Shown here: in pieces, positions 1 through 12,600 of the stretch
How positions within the stretch are numbered: the stretch's first letter is position 1
Layout: the number at the start of each line of letters is the position of its first letter
Virus record (IMG/VR): IMGVR_UViG_3300045988_147821
Span: 1 to 64,000 of that record
Direction: 5' to 3' (one strand)
Origin: a virus
Length of the DNA: 64,000 nucleotides
The notes under the pieces: generated by a model
What the model saw: the letters and a program-made list of their open reading frames with translations, nothing else
Database searches by the model: none
What the model was told of the DNA's origin: nothing
Translations under genes and position numbers: made by a program

Positions 1-67
1 TTCCCCACGCATCACCTCTTGTCATAGGTTCTGCTTCAATCTGTTTTGTTCCAATGTACTTTTTCAT
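1..67 (-). CDS. hypothetical protein, N-terminal fragment (gene runs off window start)
   Basis: ATG at 65-67 (minus), open to position 1: MKKYIGTKQIEAEPMTRGDAWG... Same orientation as the upstream gene chain. Too short for the supplied ORF track. Confidence 0.3.
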   Translation of the reverse strand, partial: MKKYIGTKQIEAEPMTRGDAWG

Positions 68-112
68 TTCAAAAATTTATGTGGGTTTTACAAAGCCGCC
101 CAAGGCTCATAT

Positions 113-499
113 TTATATCAATTTTAATGCTTCCTGTAATCCTGCTTCAAGTGCTTCTTCGTAGGTGACATATACTTTATAGCCATTCCCTTTGTTTATT
201 TCGTTCTCCATCCAGTCGCTTTCTTCTGTTGGAACATTGAAATCACAAAAAGAAAGCGTCCATCTTTTTCCAATAACAGGTTCTACATATACATACACAC
301 CTCTTATTTCACGCAGCCACTTTTGTGCAACGGATTGAGTGGGACGACTATAACACAATTTTGGCAAATTCTTATTTGTTCGGAACACAGATTGCATTAT
401 CCGATTATTGTCCTCTTTAATAATATCTTTACAATACTCATTAAATCCTTTCTCTTTCAACAGTTTAGCTGTTCCTAATGTTACAAGTTCTTCGGTCAT
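113..499 (-). CDS. hypothetical protein (128 aa)
   Basis: ATG ORF with a 4-nt overlap with upstream gene 496..954. Part of a tightly packed minus-strand chain. No family recognised. Confidence 0.6.
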   Translation of the reverse strand: MTEELVTLGTAKLLKEKGFNEYCKDIIKEDNNRIMQSVFRTNKNLPKLCYSRPTQSVAQKWLREIRGVYVYVEPVIGKRWTLSFCDFNVPTEESDWMENEINKGNGYKVYVTYEEALEAGLQEALKLI

Positions 500-954
500 A
501 GTTGTTCCTCCTTTGTTTTAAAGTGTTCAATCAATTCGTCTACGGTAGCCTTGTGAACGGTATCTATATTAACATCAACATCATTGTAAATCCAATAAGT
601 AGAGAACTTGATTTCAGGACACAGAATCCATTTATTACCATCCGTAACCCATTGGTTCTTGTCTGTATCATTCCTCAATGCAGCGATAGCCAGAAAAAGT
701 TCCTCATTCGTTCCGCAATCAATCCTTCCTTTCTTGGTTACGGTATCTATATCATATATCACCCCATATAAATTCCCATAAGATGTTATGATTGCTCTTC
801 CTTCTTCAATGCTTTTATGACTTCCATTGCCGTCATAATTATATCCATCTAAGGTTGTATTACCAAAATTAAGCATTTCATATCCCAATTCTTCCAGCTC
901 TCTCCGAAGCTCCGGTGTGTTTTTGCGTATGAAACACGGTATTGTAAATCCCAT
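496..954 (-). CDS. hypothetical protein (152 aa)
   Basis: ATG ORF, 2-nt gap to the upstream gene and overlap with the downstream gene. The antisense ORF 502..771 is judged a shadow. Confidence 0.6.
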   Translation of the reverse strand: MGFTIPCFIRKNTPELRRELEELGYEMLNFGNTTLDGYNYDGNGSHKSIEEGRAIITSYGNLYGVIYDIDTVTKKGRIDCGTNEELFLAIAALRNDTDKNQWVTDGNKWILCPEIKFSTYWIYNDVDVNIDTVHKATVDELIEHFKTKEEQL

Positions 955-956
955 AA

Positions 957-1238
957 TTATTCCTCCTTCCCAACTTTAACATATCCGTTTTCGATGCACC
1001 AGCACAGCATTTCATAGGCTGCATCAATGAGTTCTTTACTCTCTGTAATCTTTATCATAGACCTAGTATAATATTCCATATACAAGCATGTATAGCTATC
1101 TGCAAGTTTTTGGATGGTAAGCACTTGATTGCCGATGAAGCAAGGCAGCTTATCGAGAATATCCTGCAAGGTGTAGATATGGTATAATCCAAGTTCTTGT
1201 AAATGTTTCATTTGCTCGAATGATAATACCTGTTTCAT
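957..1238 (-). CDS. hypothetical protein (93 aa)
   Basis: ATG ORF with a 4-nt overlap with 1235..1459. Co-directional chain. Confidence 0.55.
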   Translation of the reverse strand: MKQVLSFEQMKHLQELGLYHIYTLQDILDKLPCFIGNQVLTIQKLADSYTCLYMEYYTRSMIKITESKELIDAAYEMLCWCIENGYVKVGKEE

Positions 1239-1459
1239 TTCTTTTCCTCCTCTGTTTTAATCTCTGTTATTTTACCACGATTGACAAAGAAGAAGCAACC
1301 CATCACATTACACAGGTATGATTCATGCTCCATCTTACACTCATTGCATTCTTTATTCAACGAACATTTACTGCAATCAAAATTCAGACATCGCGCATCA
1401 ATCAGTTCAACCATTTCATGCAGCACTCCATCAATTATTATTCCGTTCTTTATTTCCAT
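1235..1459 (-). CDS. small Cys-rich protein (74 aa), possible zinc-binding
   Basis: The track ORF starts at TTG 1465. The first ATG (1459) lies 2 nt after the stop of 1462..1866. Eight Cys residues, including a CSKC pair and CNEC. Confidence 0.5.
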   Translation of the reverse strand: MEIKNGIIIDGVLHEMVELIDARCLNFDCSKCSLNKECNECKMEHESYLCNVMGCFFFVNRGKITEIKTEEEKK

Positions 1460-1461
1460 AT

Positions 1462-1866
1462 TCAATCTCCTTTCTCTTTAATCCGTTCAAGTACATCCCT
1501 GTTGGCTTCGAGTATATCATCGAAAGACGGGATGGGCATCCACATGTCACACTCGTAGCCGTTCCAATCCTCAAATTCAAATCCTCCGTCTGTCGCAACG
1601 TATGGCGATCTCCCAGGTGAAACAACGATATAGCCACTAACAATCGCTCCATTTGATACCATTCTGCAAAGGACAAGCTTGTTTGGTTCCGGCAACCGTT
1701 CATTAACGCTTATCCAAGGAGATTGCTTTGACTGCCATTCGGCACCTTGAACGAAATTCATCTCTCCAAACTTTGCCAAATCTTTACCAAACAAAGTTCT
1801 GTCAACTGTCCTGTGATTAAACAGGATATTTTCTCTTGCTGCTTCTTCTACTGTCTGCTGTTTCAT
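1462..1866 (-). CDS. DUF551-like phage protein (134 aa)
   Basis: WISVNERLPEPNKLVLC matches the W-I-S-V-x-D/E-R-L-P-E..VL pattern I associate with DUF551. Call from memory only. Confidence 0.55.
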   Translation of the reverse strand: MKQQTVEEAARENILFNHRTVDRTLFGKDLAKFGEMNFVQGAEWQSKQSPWISVNERLPEPNKLVLCRMVSNGAIVSGYIVVSPGRSPYVATDGGFEFEDWNGYECDMWMPIPSFDDILEANRDVLERIKEKGD

Positions 1867-1867
1867 A

Positions 1868-2029
1868 TCAAAATACTATTTTAAAATCTTTTCCTTTTAA
1901 CGTAGGAAGCCTGTCAGTGACAAACTTCTCTAGTTCCTCTTCGTCTATCGGAAACAACGGGCAGTATCGGTATCTGAACGTATGTACAAACCGCCCGTCA
2001 AGCATTACATCAAAAACCAGTGTTTTCAT
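1868..2029 (-). CDS. hypothetical protein (53 aa)
   Basis: ATG 2029 overlaps the TGA of 2026..2220 (ATGA). Its stop lies 1 nt before the ATG of 1462..1866. Fills an otherwise empty gap. Below the track cutoff. Confidence 0.4.
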   Translation of the reverse strand: MKTLVFDVMLDGRFVHTFRYRYCPLFPIDEEELEKFVTDRLPTLKGKDFKIVF

Positions 2030-2220
2030 ATCTTATTCACTTTTGTCCACAAACTAAATTCGGTATAGAGATATTTCCATATATCCCTGTAACGGTATTT
2101 GTCGTTTGGGTATTTGCAACGGACACAATAATCCGTTTTGTATAAGACCTCATATATCACACCCCTGTGTTCAAACAGTTCGCCCATGTCAAGGGTTCCT
2201 ACTTCCACCTTTTCCATCAT
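2026..2220 (-). CDS. hypothetical protein (64 aa)
   Basis: The track ORF starts at TTG 2229; the first ATG is at 2220. Confidence 0.45.
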   Translation of the reverse strand: MMEKVEVGTLDMGELFEHRGVIYEVLYKTDYCVRCKYPNDKYRYRDIWKYLYTEFSLWTKVNKI

Positions 2221-2235
2221 CGTAAACAAAAATTA

Positions 2236-2538
2236 CTACTTTACCAATTCTATCGTAGGGCATTGATAAGACCAAACATATAAGCCCATCTCCGACATGG
2301 TTCCATCTTTCTTCACCTTGTTAAACAATGGTTCAATATTGTCAGAAAAATCAATCCTATAATCCTTGACATAGGCATATCGTTTTGATTCATTAATAGT
2401 AATACACACCTTGCTTCCGATAGGATACTTCGCATTGGATTCAATGTACTCCTTCTCTAATTTTATCATTTCGTTCTTCAATTCATTCATCTTTGAATTG
2501 ATAATTTCTTTCTTTGATTTAAATTCTTCTTTAGTCAT
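2236..2538 (-). CDS. hypothetical protein (100 aa), N-terminal coiled-coil-like
   Basis: ATG ORF. KKEIINSKMNELKNEMIKLEKEY heptad-like segment. Confidence 0.55.
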   Translation of the reverse strand: MTKEEFKSKKEIINSKMNELKNEMIKLEKEYIESNAKYPIGSKVCITINESKRYAYVKDYRIDFSDNIEPLFNKVKKDGTMSEMGLYVWSYQCPTIELVK

Positions 2539-2683
2539 TTTTATTTAGTTTTTCAATTAAATTACTGCCAAGATCTAACCATTCTTCTTTGAATACTAAC
2601 GGCCAACCGAATATGATAATTGCAAGAATTATTGAAGCTATCAACCATAGAACCCACATCAAAAACACAATTATATTATTCAT
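2531..2683 (-). CDS. small predicted membrane protein (50 aa)
   Basis: ATG 2683. MNNIIVFLMWVLWLIASIILAIIIFGWPLVF forms one hydrophobic helix. The 3' end overlaps the ATG of 2236..2538. Below the track cutoff. Confidence 0.4.
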   Translation of the reverse strand: MNNIIVFLMWVLWLIASIILAIIIFGWPLVFKEEWLDLGSNLIEKLNKND

Positions 2684-2702
2684 ATTTTATACGTTTTGAT
2701 AG

Positions 2703-2873
2703 TTATTTATTTACGGTTGATTTTACAATTATCTTATTATCGGATGATGGCATTACAATCACATTTCCGGCATCTGTGCTAATTTTTAAAATAGGATTAA
2801 AGTCAAAGTCAGTAGTGGCTACTATAATCATATCTCCAAAAACATATCTTTTATCTTGTTCTATCTCATTCAT
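2703..2873 (-). CDS. hypothetical protein (56 aa)
   Basis: ATG 2873 overlaps the TGA of 2870..3097 (ATGA coupling). Below the track cutoff. Confidence 0.4.
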   Translation of the reverse strand: MNEIEQDKRYVFGDMIIVATTDFDFNPILKISTDAGNVIVMPSSDNKIIVKSTVNK

Positions 2874-3097
2874 ATATGTTCTGTTTTGAATTTCTCATTT
2901 ATTTCCTTTTCTGCCGCCTTAACCCCTTTCTTGAATCCCTCCACAAAGCTGTCAAAGCAAGTTCTGCTTATTTCCGGAGTGCAGCTTCTCAAAAGCGGGC
3001 AAATCGAACATCTTTGGCTAAGTCCGGCTGACTTCTTGGCTATTTTCGTTACGTTTTTCATAGGCTTTACACTCTTCACAATGCAGTTTGTAAGCAT
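2870..3097 (-). CDS. small Cys-containing protein (75 aa)
   Basis: The track ORF starts at TTG 3103; the first ATG is at 3097. Preferred over the overlapping plus-strand ORFs because it fits the co-directional coupled chain. Confidence 0.45.
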   Translation of the reverse strand: MLTNCIVKSVKPMKNVTKIAKKSAGLSQRCSICPLLRSCTPEISRTCFDSFVEGFKKGVKAAEKEINEKFKTEHI

Positions 3098-3109
3098 GGG
3101 CAAACATTC

Positions 3110-3256
3110 CTAGAGAGTAACAGGTTCAAAGTGAAAATCCGCTTGTTTCCCTTCTACAACAACAGAAACACATAATTGTCCATCACAAAAGTCAATATAT
3201 GCTTCGCCACCTCCATTTCCTTTAATGGAAAGTGTTTGTGTCTGTACACTATTCAT
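3110..3256 (-). CDS. hypothetical protein (48 aa)
   Basis: ATG 3256, stop 3110-3112. Fills the gap between two minus genes. Weak support. Confidence 0.3.
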   Translation of the reverse strand: MNSVQTQTLSIKGNGGGEAYIDFCDGQLCVSVVVEGKQADFHFEPVTL

Positions 3257-3297
3257 TATTCACCTCCTTGGTTTTTATTTTCTCTCTTAAATCCATA

Positions 3298-3504
3298 TCA
3301 CTCGACTTTATATCCCAATGATTCGAGATGGGAGATTATCTCGTCCTGATTCATTCTTGACAGGATATATTGTCCGCCACATTCAGAAATCACCTCATTT
3401 ACCAGATCGTTCTTATCGGCATTTATACATACATAAAGTCTGTCGTGAATAGCAGATACAACATTCACGTGGCCAGCCAAAACACTTATATTTACTGTAT
3501 CCAT
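3298..3504 (-). CDS. hypothetical protein (68 aa)
   Basis: The track ORF starts at TTG 3534, inside the promoter box. The first ATG (3504) lies 28 nt downstream of a TATATTTG -7 box. Confidence 0.5.
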   Translation of the reverse strand: MDTVNISVLAGHVNVVSAIHDRLYVCINADKNDLVNEVISECGGQYILSRMNQDEIISHLESLGYKVE

Positions 3505-3531
3505 ATTTAAATTATTTAAAGTTTTATGGTG

Positions 3532-3539
3532 CAAATATA
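3532..3539 (-). promoter_or_regulatory. Bacteroides-type -7 box TATATTTG
   Basis: Exact TAnnTTTG on the minus strand, 28 nt upstream of ATG 3504 and just downstream of the fibre-gene hairpin. Confidence 0.55.
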
Positions 3540-3613
3540 AAGTTTTATTTTAAGATTACAAACAAACATTATCCAAAATTTAAAGATTTAACATTTGTTT
3601 GGTATTTTATAAC

Positions 3614-3645
3614 ACCCTATCGGAAAACCTAAAAACCGATAGGGT
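3614..3645 (-). terminator. stem-loop after the giant fibre gene
   Basis: ACCCTATCGG (3614-3623) pairs with CCGATAGGGT (3636-3645), a 10-bp perfect stem with a 12-nt loop, 12 nt after stop 3657. The T-tail is weak. Confidence 0.45.
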
Positions 3646-3656
3646 TATAATCCTTC

Positions 3657-6600
3657 CTAAAACTTTATGATGAACTCTGTCATCAGATCGGCACCTGAAT
3701 CCCTGTTTACGGCACTTTGTTTCAGATACATGTTGTTTACAACGGATAGTGTATGGTTAATGACAACGGCATGCTTTTCGGGTACGCTGAACTGTTCTAC
3801 AATTCTTTTCCTTTCATCATCGTCTACGATTTTACTTGAATCCACATCCCCATTGGGGTTGCTTACGGAAACAAAGGAAGCAGGCCTTCGTGACGTGAAT
3901 CCCATGCAGGCAACAGGTTTCCCTATGATCTTGTTCCTCATTGCATCCGTCCATCCTATCAGATTGAGGTTTTTCACTACCTTATATGATCCACCTGAAA
4001 CCTTTTGTACGGCTATTATTCCGTCAAGGGTACAGTAATTGGATGATGAGTGCATGATAATTTCTCCACCTTCCGGATTATTTGCCAATCCAATCTTTTG
4101 TGAATTGTTAAGGTTTATCATGTAGATCAGGATTTTCGAGAAATCGCTGTTTGCCTGAACCCTCCATACGGATTTGAAATTCCCGTAACCCGATAGAAGG
4201 GTGTTCCATGGTGACTGTGACGACAGATCGGTCACATCCATGCTTCCTATCTGCCATCCCGAGTAATTGTTGATATACACATCCTTCTTGAATTCGGTAA
4301 GGGTAAGGAACAGGTAGAAGTTCGGTTTGTTGCCTGTGAAGTTGTGTGCAAATATATAATTGTTGTACACGTTTCCGCTTGCCAGTGTTCCCGTATTATA
4401 ATACTCTATGTAATCGTTGCAATCCGATGTGATGTATTGATTCAGGGTTGTCATGGTATTATCCGGTTGGAACGGATGACACAACTGCAATCCTAACAGG
4501 GCATTCGCTCCGCTTCCCGTAATTCCCGATACGGGTTTTGTGTATGCGAAATAAACACCGTAGATATTGTTGAAAAAATACTGATGGATGTACATCCCGG
4601 ATACAGTCTGTGTCTTTAGTATATTGTAGAATATGACCGACTGGAACATATCCCTGTTTCTGATTACGCTTTCCAGAAACGAATAATCCTTTCCATTATA
4701 CATGATGGCTTCCGCTATGAAAAGGGATGTATTGGTGAAATAATTGCATGGTGACATATAAAATTTGTATGATGATGTCAGAGCCTTTCCAAACCTGTAC
4801 ACATTACTTGAAGCGACGATGGGGCTATTGCTATCAGTGTCGGCATACATCATATTTTGGAAAACACCATAGGTAACATAAAATCTACCAAACATATCCT
4901 TGTCACGTTCCGCTATGAAATAATATTCGTAGGCAAGCGTATAATTGCCACGACTTGTAGCGGTTGTGGTAAAAAAGTTTTGGTACATTACTCCTGCATG
5001 GTATGCAGGCCATGCAGTATGGTCGGTGTCACCTTGCATGGTAATAGTGTCATTATGTGTTACAAAATAAAAATAGGACGGATTGATATGGTAATATGTA
5101 AAAAATCCAAAAGTGCTGGTAAAGGAATATGATGTATTGTCACTATAAGAAACGGCTGTATATATGAAGGTGGTCAGATTCCATGAACACATCATGTTCA
5201 CACTATTCCCTGCCACTATCACCTGCGGACGAGTTATTACGGAACCTATCGGATTATAATAAAGGGTGAATATGTTTGGATCAAAAGCAAGCTGTGCAGA
5301 CAATCCACATAGAACGTAAGACCATCTGGAAGAACTTCCCGAACCGAATTTTGATATCATCAGATAGGCGAAAATAAGGCATGGAGTAGGATTGTAGGCG
5401 GCTGATGCCTGTGTTCCGAAGGGAGCAGGCCCGATCGCACATATATTTCGCCTGTATATGTCCTGGACGGGGTAAACGGATGTACTCTCACTCAAAGATG
5501 AAAGACCAGTATTCCAGATGCTGCTGGTTTTAAACCCCCTCTCCTCCACCCAGGGTGTTCCGTCACCGATGCGGTCTACGGAGAGGGTGACAGCGTATGT
5601 ACCGCCGGAGGGGATGCTTGTAGGTAAGGTGAAGCTGCCTGTCGAATCGAACCATCCCATGGTCGCATAATTGTAATTGAATTTCCATGTTACGGTCGAT
5701 CCTTGCTTCAATCGTTTCGCATTGTAGATGGCCGAACCCGAAGCGTCTGTTGTAAGATTTATGGTTCCTATTGACGCACCGTTCTCGTCCGTACCCGTTA
5801 TCTGAACGGCAACGCCCGCAGGGGCTGTCGCGTTCTGTGCCGTGTCACGGAATGTCATTTTCACAAACATACCCTGTCTGGCAAGCGTTATTTCCTGATA
5901 ACGTGATGTCCACAATCCGACAGCACCCTTGGAAGCGGACAGATAACCCGACTTGGAAACAGACCATGACACGTTTCCGGGCAGCATCTTGCCCCAGCAC
6001 TCACCGTTGTCCGCCAATGAACCTGTGGTCTGTGTCTGGTATCCCATGGAGTATGTGACAACTCCTGTCGCACCCGAAAGGATACCGCTGTTGAAACCGT
6101 CAATGCATTTCAAATGGTTGTACGGGTATGTTCCACCGTTAGCATTTATCGATCCGGGATTGATGTTCCATGTATAAGCTGCCGTGTCGGATGTGGTAGG
6201 ATTGTAACCCCATACGCCCGTATTGTTGTTTTCGGTGAACGGTGATACGGAACCCTTTCTTATGTATGTCCCTACCGTGTTGTTTGTCAGGTCAAGATCC
6301 ATCCATCCCGTGTTCTGTCCGCTGCCGGAAGGGGAATTGGTAAGGACGAACACATATCTTCCTCCCAGTGTCCACCATCCCGGAATAGAGCACTGTCCGA
6401 AATTACCCATATTGACAATGCTGTTCGCTTCCGAAGCGTTCAGGGCGAATCCCTGCGTCTTGTAACATACGGTATGGACGATTGCGATATAGCCGCCTGT
6501 CGTAAGGTTCGCCTTTATCCAGTTCACCCATGTGGCCGTGTCACGTGTTTCATGATAGGTGACTGAACCGTCCGACACCTTCACCCTTAACGTACAGATA

Positions 6601-9600
6601 AGTCGGTTTCCCGATGTGATTCCACCCGGAGTATGGCTAAATTTCTGTGTTCCGTTCCACCATACGGTACTTATTGCCGAACCGTTGTTCCATCCGTTCT
6701 GTATGGTGAACCGTATTTCCTGATAATTTTGGGAAGTGATTCCTCCCGCAGTGAAAGCTGTTGACCACGGTTTTATGCGGCTTATGTAATGTAATCCCTG
6801 ATAATAGGTGGCTGTGAACTGTGCTGAACCGTTTGTATTACTGTTGAACAATATCTTATGGTTTTCACAACACATCATTTCTACGGCCGTGTTCGTAATG
6901 TTCTTCCCTCCTACCTGTACGGTAACTGTCTTGTTAAACGATACGCGCTTCATGTTGATTGTGAGTGCTGTCGCATTTTCTCCAAGAGTTCCGCTTGCAG
7001 CCGTGAAATTGGTGGCTGATGTATTTACCGTATAAGGAGATGTCTTGTAGACATTCAGCACAACCTGTCCGCTCGCGTTTGTCGTTCCCGAATAGGTAAC
7101 GGTGTTTTTTCTTGTTGAGGTAAGTTTTACCGTCGCACCGTTTATACTCTGAACCCAATCCGTCCATGTACCGTCCTTGACGGTTATTGTCACGTTGTAT
7201 TTGACGGGTTCCATTGCGACACCAAGATTTCCCGATGTTTGGGATATGGCTGTTACCTTATTGTTGTAATCGGCACGTGATGCGGTTGCCGAAACCTGTC
7301 TTGCTCCTACATATACATCCACATAATTGTTACCGCTACTGTTATATGTCTGTGTGGCGGTTGCGCCTGTTGCCGATACCGCAACGCCTGTAACATTCTG
7401 ACCGAATATGCTGTTGGTGAACGTAAGACGCACTTTCTTGCTTATCGTAAACTTCAATGTGGTGGAAGAACCTGTATTTGCAGGTGTCCATGACTGTGTA
7501 CCGTTGGAATAGTTACCCGAATAGGGTATCTGTATGGAGAACAGAACCCCTACATATCCCTGTATGGCTAATACACCATTTTCGTTTGACGTATATTGCT
7601 TGGTTGCACCACTTTGTGTGACATTGAACGAACCTAGACTTCCAAGTAACTGCCCGTTTGTCTGATCACCGAATCCCGGAACAATCTCACGAACCGTAAC
7701 GTTGAATGTCGCCTGCTGGTATGCAACCGAAAGGGTAATTGACATGGAAGTAGTTCTACTTGGCATATTACCCGAAGCGGAAGTAAATATATTGTTTCCT
7801 CCTGCCTTGACTGCATAATTACCACCCGAAAGAGGAACGTTAGGTACGGTCCATACTCCCGAAGCGTCTGTTGTTCCTGAAAATGATACGGTAACACCAT
7901 TCAATGTCTGTGACATGCTTGTAGGACAGGAAGCCGCCTTTCCGCCCGTTGTGGAGTTGTTTACGGTTATGGTGGCCGTACCTGTCTTTCTTGTAAGAAG
8001 AACCTTGTAATTCTCTCCTATCGCATGATAGGTGTGTGCAGGGATGCTTCCTGTCCATATTCCTGCCGAATCGGGAAGTTCAAATGTGACAGGAACCTCC
8101 AGTGATGCGGTGAAGAACACCTTTCCCTGTTCGTTGGTCACGCCGGAAAAAAGCTGTTTCCCTGCTTGTGTGACAATAACGGCAAGTCCTGAATGTATCT
8201 TACCGTTTGCCTGATCACCGAATCCCGGGATTTTTGTCCATATTTCCAGTGACACCTGCCCTGTGTTATATACAACCTGTATGTTGAGGTCATTGGATGT
8301 CGCTCCGCCACCAATAGGAATTGTTGCCGTACCCGATATACTGTCATACGTAACATCCTCACCTGCCGTCCAGTTGTAAGGCCCGGAAGGAACATTCTGT
8401 ATGGTGACAGTGCCGTCCGTTCCTGTACGTACATCGAACTTGATGGACGAATTAAGCTGGTGCGTGAGAATGATACGACAATCGTCTGCCTTGTCACCCG
8501 TATTCTTTTCCGTTACAACAATCTTCTGCGTGTACACCTTGGATATAAGGGTATATGAATAGGATTCACCTACTGCACCGAATGTATGGGAGAAAGTAGC
8601 ATTGGTGGCGATAAGGTTATTGTTGTTCTTGTACGTGAAGCTGACGGGCAATCCGATAACGACACTGATGGTGGCATTTCCGCTTGTATCGGTTGTAAAT
8701 GTCTTTGCTTCACCACCTCCCTGCTGGAACGAGAACAAACCTCCGTTAAGGTTGACAACAAGTCCTTCCCTGTACTGCCATTTCATATTGACAGTCACAT
8801 CGCCCGTATTGTATGTTACCGAGTTTGTCCATGTCGCAAGAGGTGATTCCACACCGTTCACTGGAAATGATACCTCACCTGTTTTCTGCTCATATACGGC
8901 ATTCCCGCCAAGTGTATAGGTATAATCTCCGTAATATACATTAGGAATGGTTACAGTACCATTGCTGCCCGTTGTTGCCGTATATTTGATGCTGGGATTC
9001 CATTTGGAAACAATAGTTATGGGACAGTTTGCCGCAATACCTCCTGTAATTGATTCCGTAAGTTTCACAGGAATGTTATATTGCTTGGCCGTGAAATCCA
9101 ATTTTATCCTTTCCACATCTTCTTCTCCTATATGATCATACGGGTTGAACACGTTGGGAGTATTGGTAAAGTATTTCAGTTCACCCGTCAGACGCATTTC
9201 ATTGGGAGAAAGCCAGATATTTTTGGGAAGCGTTGCCGTTGCTGCCGATTGTTTGAGTGCAGTGTTGGATGTGTCAAGTTCCACTGTCAGATTCTGTACC
9301 GTACTGATGGTCTGTGACGGGTATATCACGTTGTTGTATGTTATGGCATGCGATACAAGTGGTGTTGTCACCATTTGCAAATTTCCTCCTGTCAATTCAC
9401 TAGGAAGGACTACATGCGCTATTTCGGCATAGAATATGTTGTAGTTCTCCTTGAACTGGAACTTGTATCTTATCCCTGCGAACGTGTCGAATGAAATCAA
9501 GCCCTGTGCATTCACTTTTTGATCGGATAGGAGCAATTGGTTGTTCGCATAAATATCAAACGGTATGTTTGCAGGAAGCGGGGATTCTACCTGTGGAGCA

Positions 9601-12600
9601 ATACCATCCTGTACAGTATATCTTCGTGTCAATGTCCATCCCTTGTTTTCGGTAACTTTTCTTAATGCGATATCTGTGATAAATTCAGTCGGTTTCTGAT
9701 GTCCGACAGGGAAATAGATACGTTCGGTATTAGGCTTCCAGTCAGAATCGTTACCGTCCGAACCCCATTCATAAACATAATATCCGGGTGCCAGGGGATA
9801 CATTTCGGGTTTACCGTCCGATTCAAACTGTCCGTCCGTATCTGTAACACCTGTGAACACATATTCAGGAGCAAGCTGTCTGTGAATGTCTACAATCAAT
9901 CCTACTGCCTTGGTTGATACAGGGAAATCTGCGTCAATATCCATCTTCCATATCAATTCGGGATAGTCAAGATAGATTGTCTTGGCGGCAGTAGGAGGTG
10001 TTGTAAATGTAAGTTCGTTATTCTGTGTTATATGGTCTACCTGTGTTGTGACTGTATCAAATGTTCCGGGAGAAACATAGAATGTGGATGCCCCTAGTGC
10101 ATCCACCCGTATTCTTTGAGGACGTGATTGTCCTGTAACGGCAATTTCGGGATATTCCTCCGGGCCGTTCTCTACTTCGATAGGAAGGTTTGAGTTTTTC
10201 TGTAACACATTGAAAGTCAATGTTTTAATACAGGTTACGGTCCATCTGAAAAAGTCTGTTGCAACATCCATTTTCCATGAATGCTTGGTTGAATCATGAT
10301 TATAGAATCCTTTGTCAACAAACTCTATCGTGTATTCGACAAGAGGAAGAATGTCAACTGTCACCTGTCCGTTTGCACTGATTGCATAGGTCTTGGTAAC
10401 AGTTTCAAACCTGTTGGTTGACACCCATTGCAGACCTGTTACCTTGATACTTATACCATTAGTAATAGGATTAGCCGTTGCAGTTTCCTCATCAGAATCA
10501 AGAGATGATGATGTTTTCGGGATAATTTCATCTATTTCAAAGATAGAGGTCTTTGTACGTCTGTCCATAAGAACATTCATTGTCATGTCTTTCAGACGTT
10601 CAAGAGTGAAGTCAAGCTGCGGGGTATCAATATAATCGGGGTGACTTGCAATCAGATAGTATTCTCCCGAATGTGCCGAGAACTGGCATACACCGTTTGA
10701 CAGGGAGAACAATTCCTGAATCATTTCACCCGTACCCTTGTTATACACCTTCACACTTGCACCCTCTATCGGATTGTTTGAAAGGTAGTCAAGTACGGTA
10801 ATCGTATTGATACTGTCACGTACCTCCATATAGACGATTTCCTTATCGTCCTGGTCCTGTACGGTGATGGTACCTAACTTGTCCTTGTAATTCGCCCTTC
10901 TTGCAATATAATCGTATGAACCGTTAGGAAGTGTTGCGACAATCTGCCCGTTCACATCAGAAATGTATATCTTTCCACGGATAGTTACCTGTACACCCTG
11001 CAAGTAATCTCCTGTATCAATATCACGGAATACAAGATAATAGTTGTAATATGCAACACTAAGTTGTACAAGAACCGATTTGCTTGCTCCATCCACAACA
11101 ACAGTACCGTTGTATTTCAGATAGCCGGATTTGAACACGACAAAATCCCATGTTCCCGATACAAGGGAAACGATTGTCTGACCCGATTCATCCGTCAGAT
11201 AGGTTTGATTGTTGACTTGCAATGAAGCGTTGGGAATGACCTTGTTCGTTTCAATATCAATGACAGTGAATGTTATCTGATAGGGTGCGCTTTCCATTTC
11301 AAGGAGCACACAATTGTCTATGCGTGCATCGACATCAAATTCTCTGTGGAAAGATAAGTAACCGTCACGGACCGCATCAAGTTCATAACTTCCTATCCGT
11401 AACGGCATGGAAGCCTGTCCTTCAAGGTCTGTCTTGGTGGTCATGTTACGGACAGAAATGACTGCATCGGGAACAAATATCTGATTCATTCTGTCTATTG
11501 CGGCAAAATTTACCTTCATCGTTTCCACAAACATTTCCTCTTCAATCAGAATATCCTGATTAAGCACGCTCAATCCGTTTGTAATGGTCTGATAGTTAAC
11601 TTTTTCTATCGTATAGGCATAACTACCAGGTTCCAATGACACGACAGCCGTACCATCCGGCCCTGTGGTGTGTTCCTCACCGTTGATTGTAATGAGTGCG
11701 TTCTCAACAGGATTAAGACCTGTAATCACCTTGAACGTTACATTGTAGGGGATAGCGTAGAAATCATTGATTGTGATATATACGGGCTGATTTAGAATAA
11801 CGAACTGTCCTGTACGTGTCACCCAATTCTTCTTGGTAAGCGTATAATTGTATTCTCCGTTTTCAAGAAGAATGTTTGCCGTACCCTTACTGTCAGTTGT
11901 GATAACAGAGTTTCCGATAGAGATTGTTGCATCAGGAACAGGATTGTTTCTTGTGTTTACAACCTTAAATGATGCAAGATAGGTAATGCCTGTTCCTATC
12001 TGTGACACAATCTTATCCCCCTCACTTGCAGGATAGAAATAGGACGAAAGTGTTTGGTTTGAATCATACAGGATATTACCCTGTAAATCCCTCATTCTGA
12101 ATCCCTGTATTCTTGGAAGCTGATTGATTGGAACCTCCATATCATATCTTGGATTGAAGTATTCGTCGGGAACATATTTCACACCTTCCGCATTTTTCAC
12201 AACAGAGAGCAAATCATCCCACTGAACCGTCTTTCCTGCATCCCAAAAACGGAAGTCAAGATATTTGGTCAATGCCACTTGAATATTTCGTCTTACTTCG
12301 GCTGTCTGATATTCCGAACTAAGTTCCACACGGAAGTCTATACCTGTTTCACCTCCTACAATCATCCATTTGGCATTGCGTAGACGTATTCCGATTACAT
12401 CTCCGTTCAGGTCAATTTCGGAAATGGAGAATTTTGACTTCACTTTTTCAAGAAGCACACCCAATTCATCTTCCGTAAACAATACACCGTTTTGTGTAAC
12501 AAGGTAGATATAGGTATTACCGTCCTCTCCAAGGCCGACATTCATCACCTTCAAAACCCTATCATCAGCTTCCTGGAATATCTGTGTCCAATATTCCATC

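Noticed and set aside
3657-5900. Diversity-generating retroelement targeting the fibre C-terminus
   Set aside because: No reverse transcriptase (no YxDD-containing ORF) is present in the window. I found no template/variable repeat pair near the 3' end of the gene.
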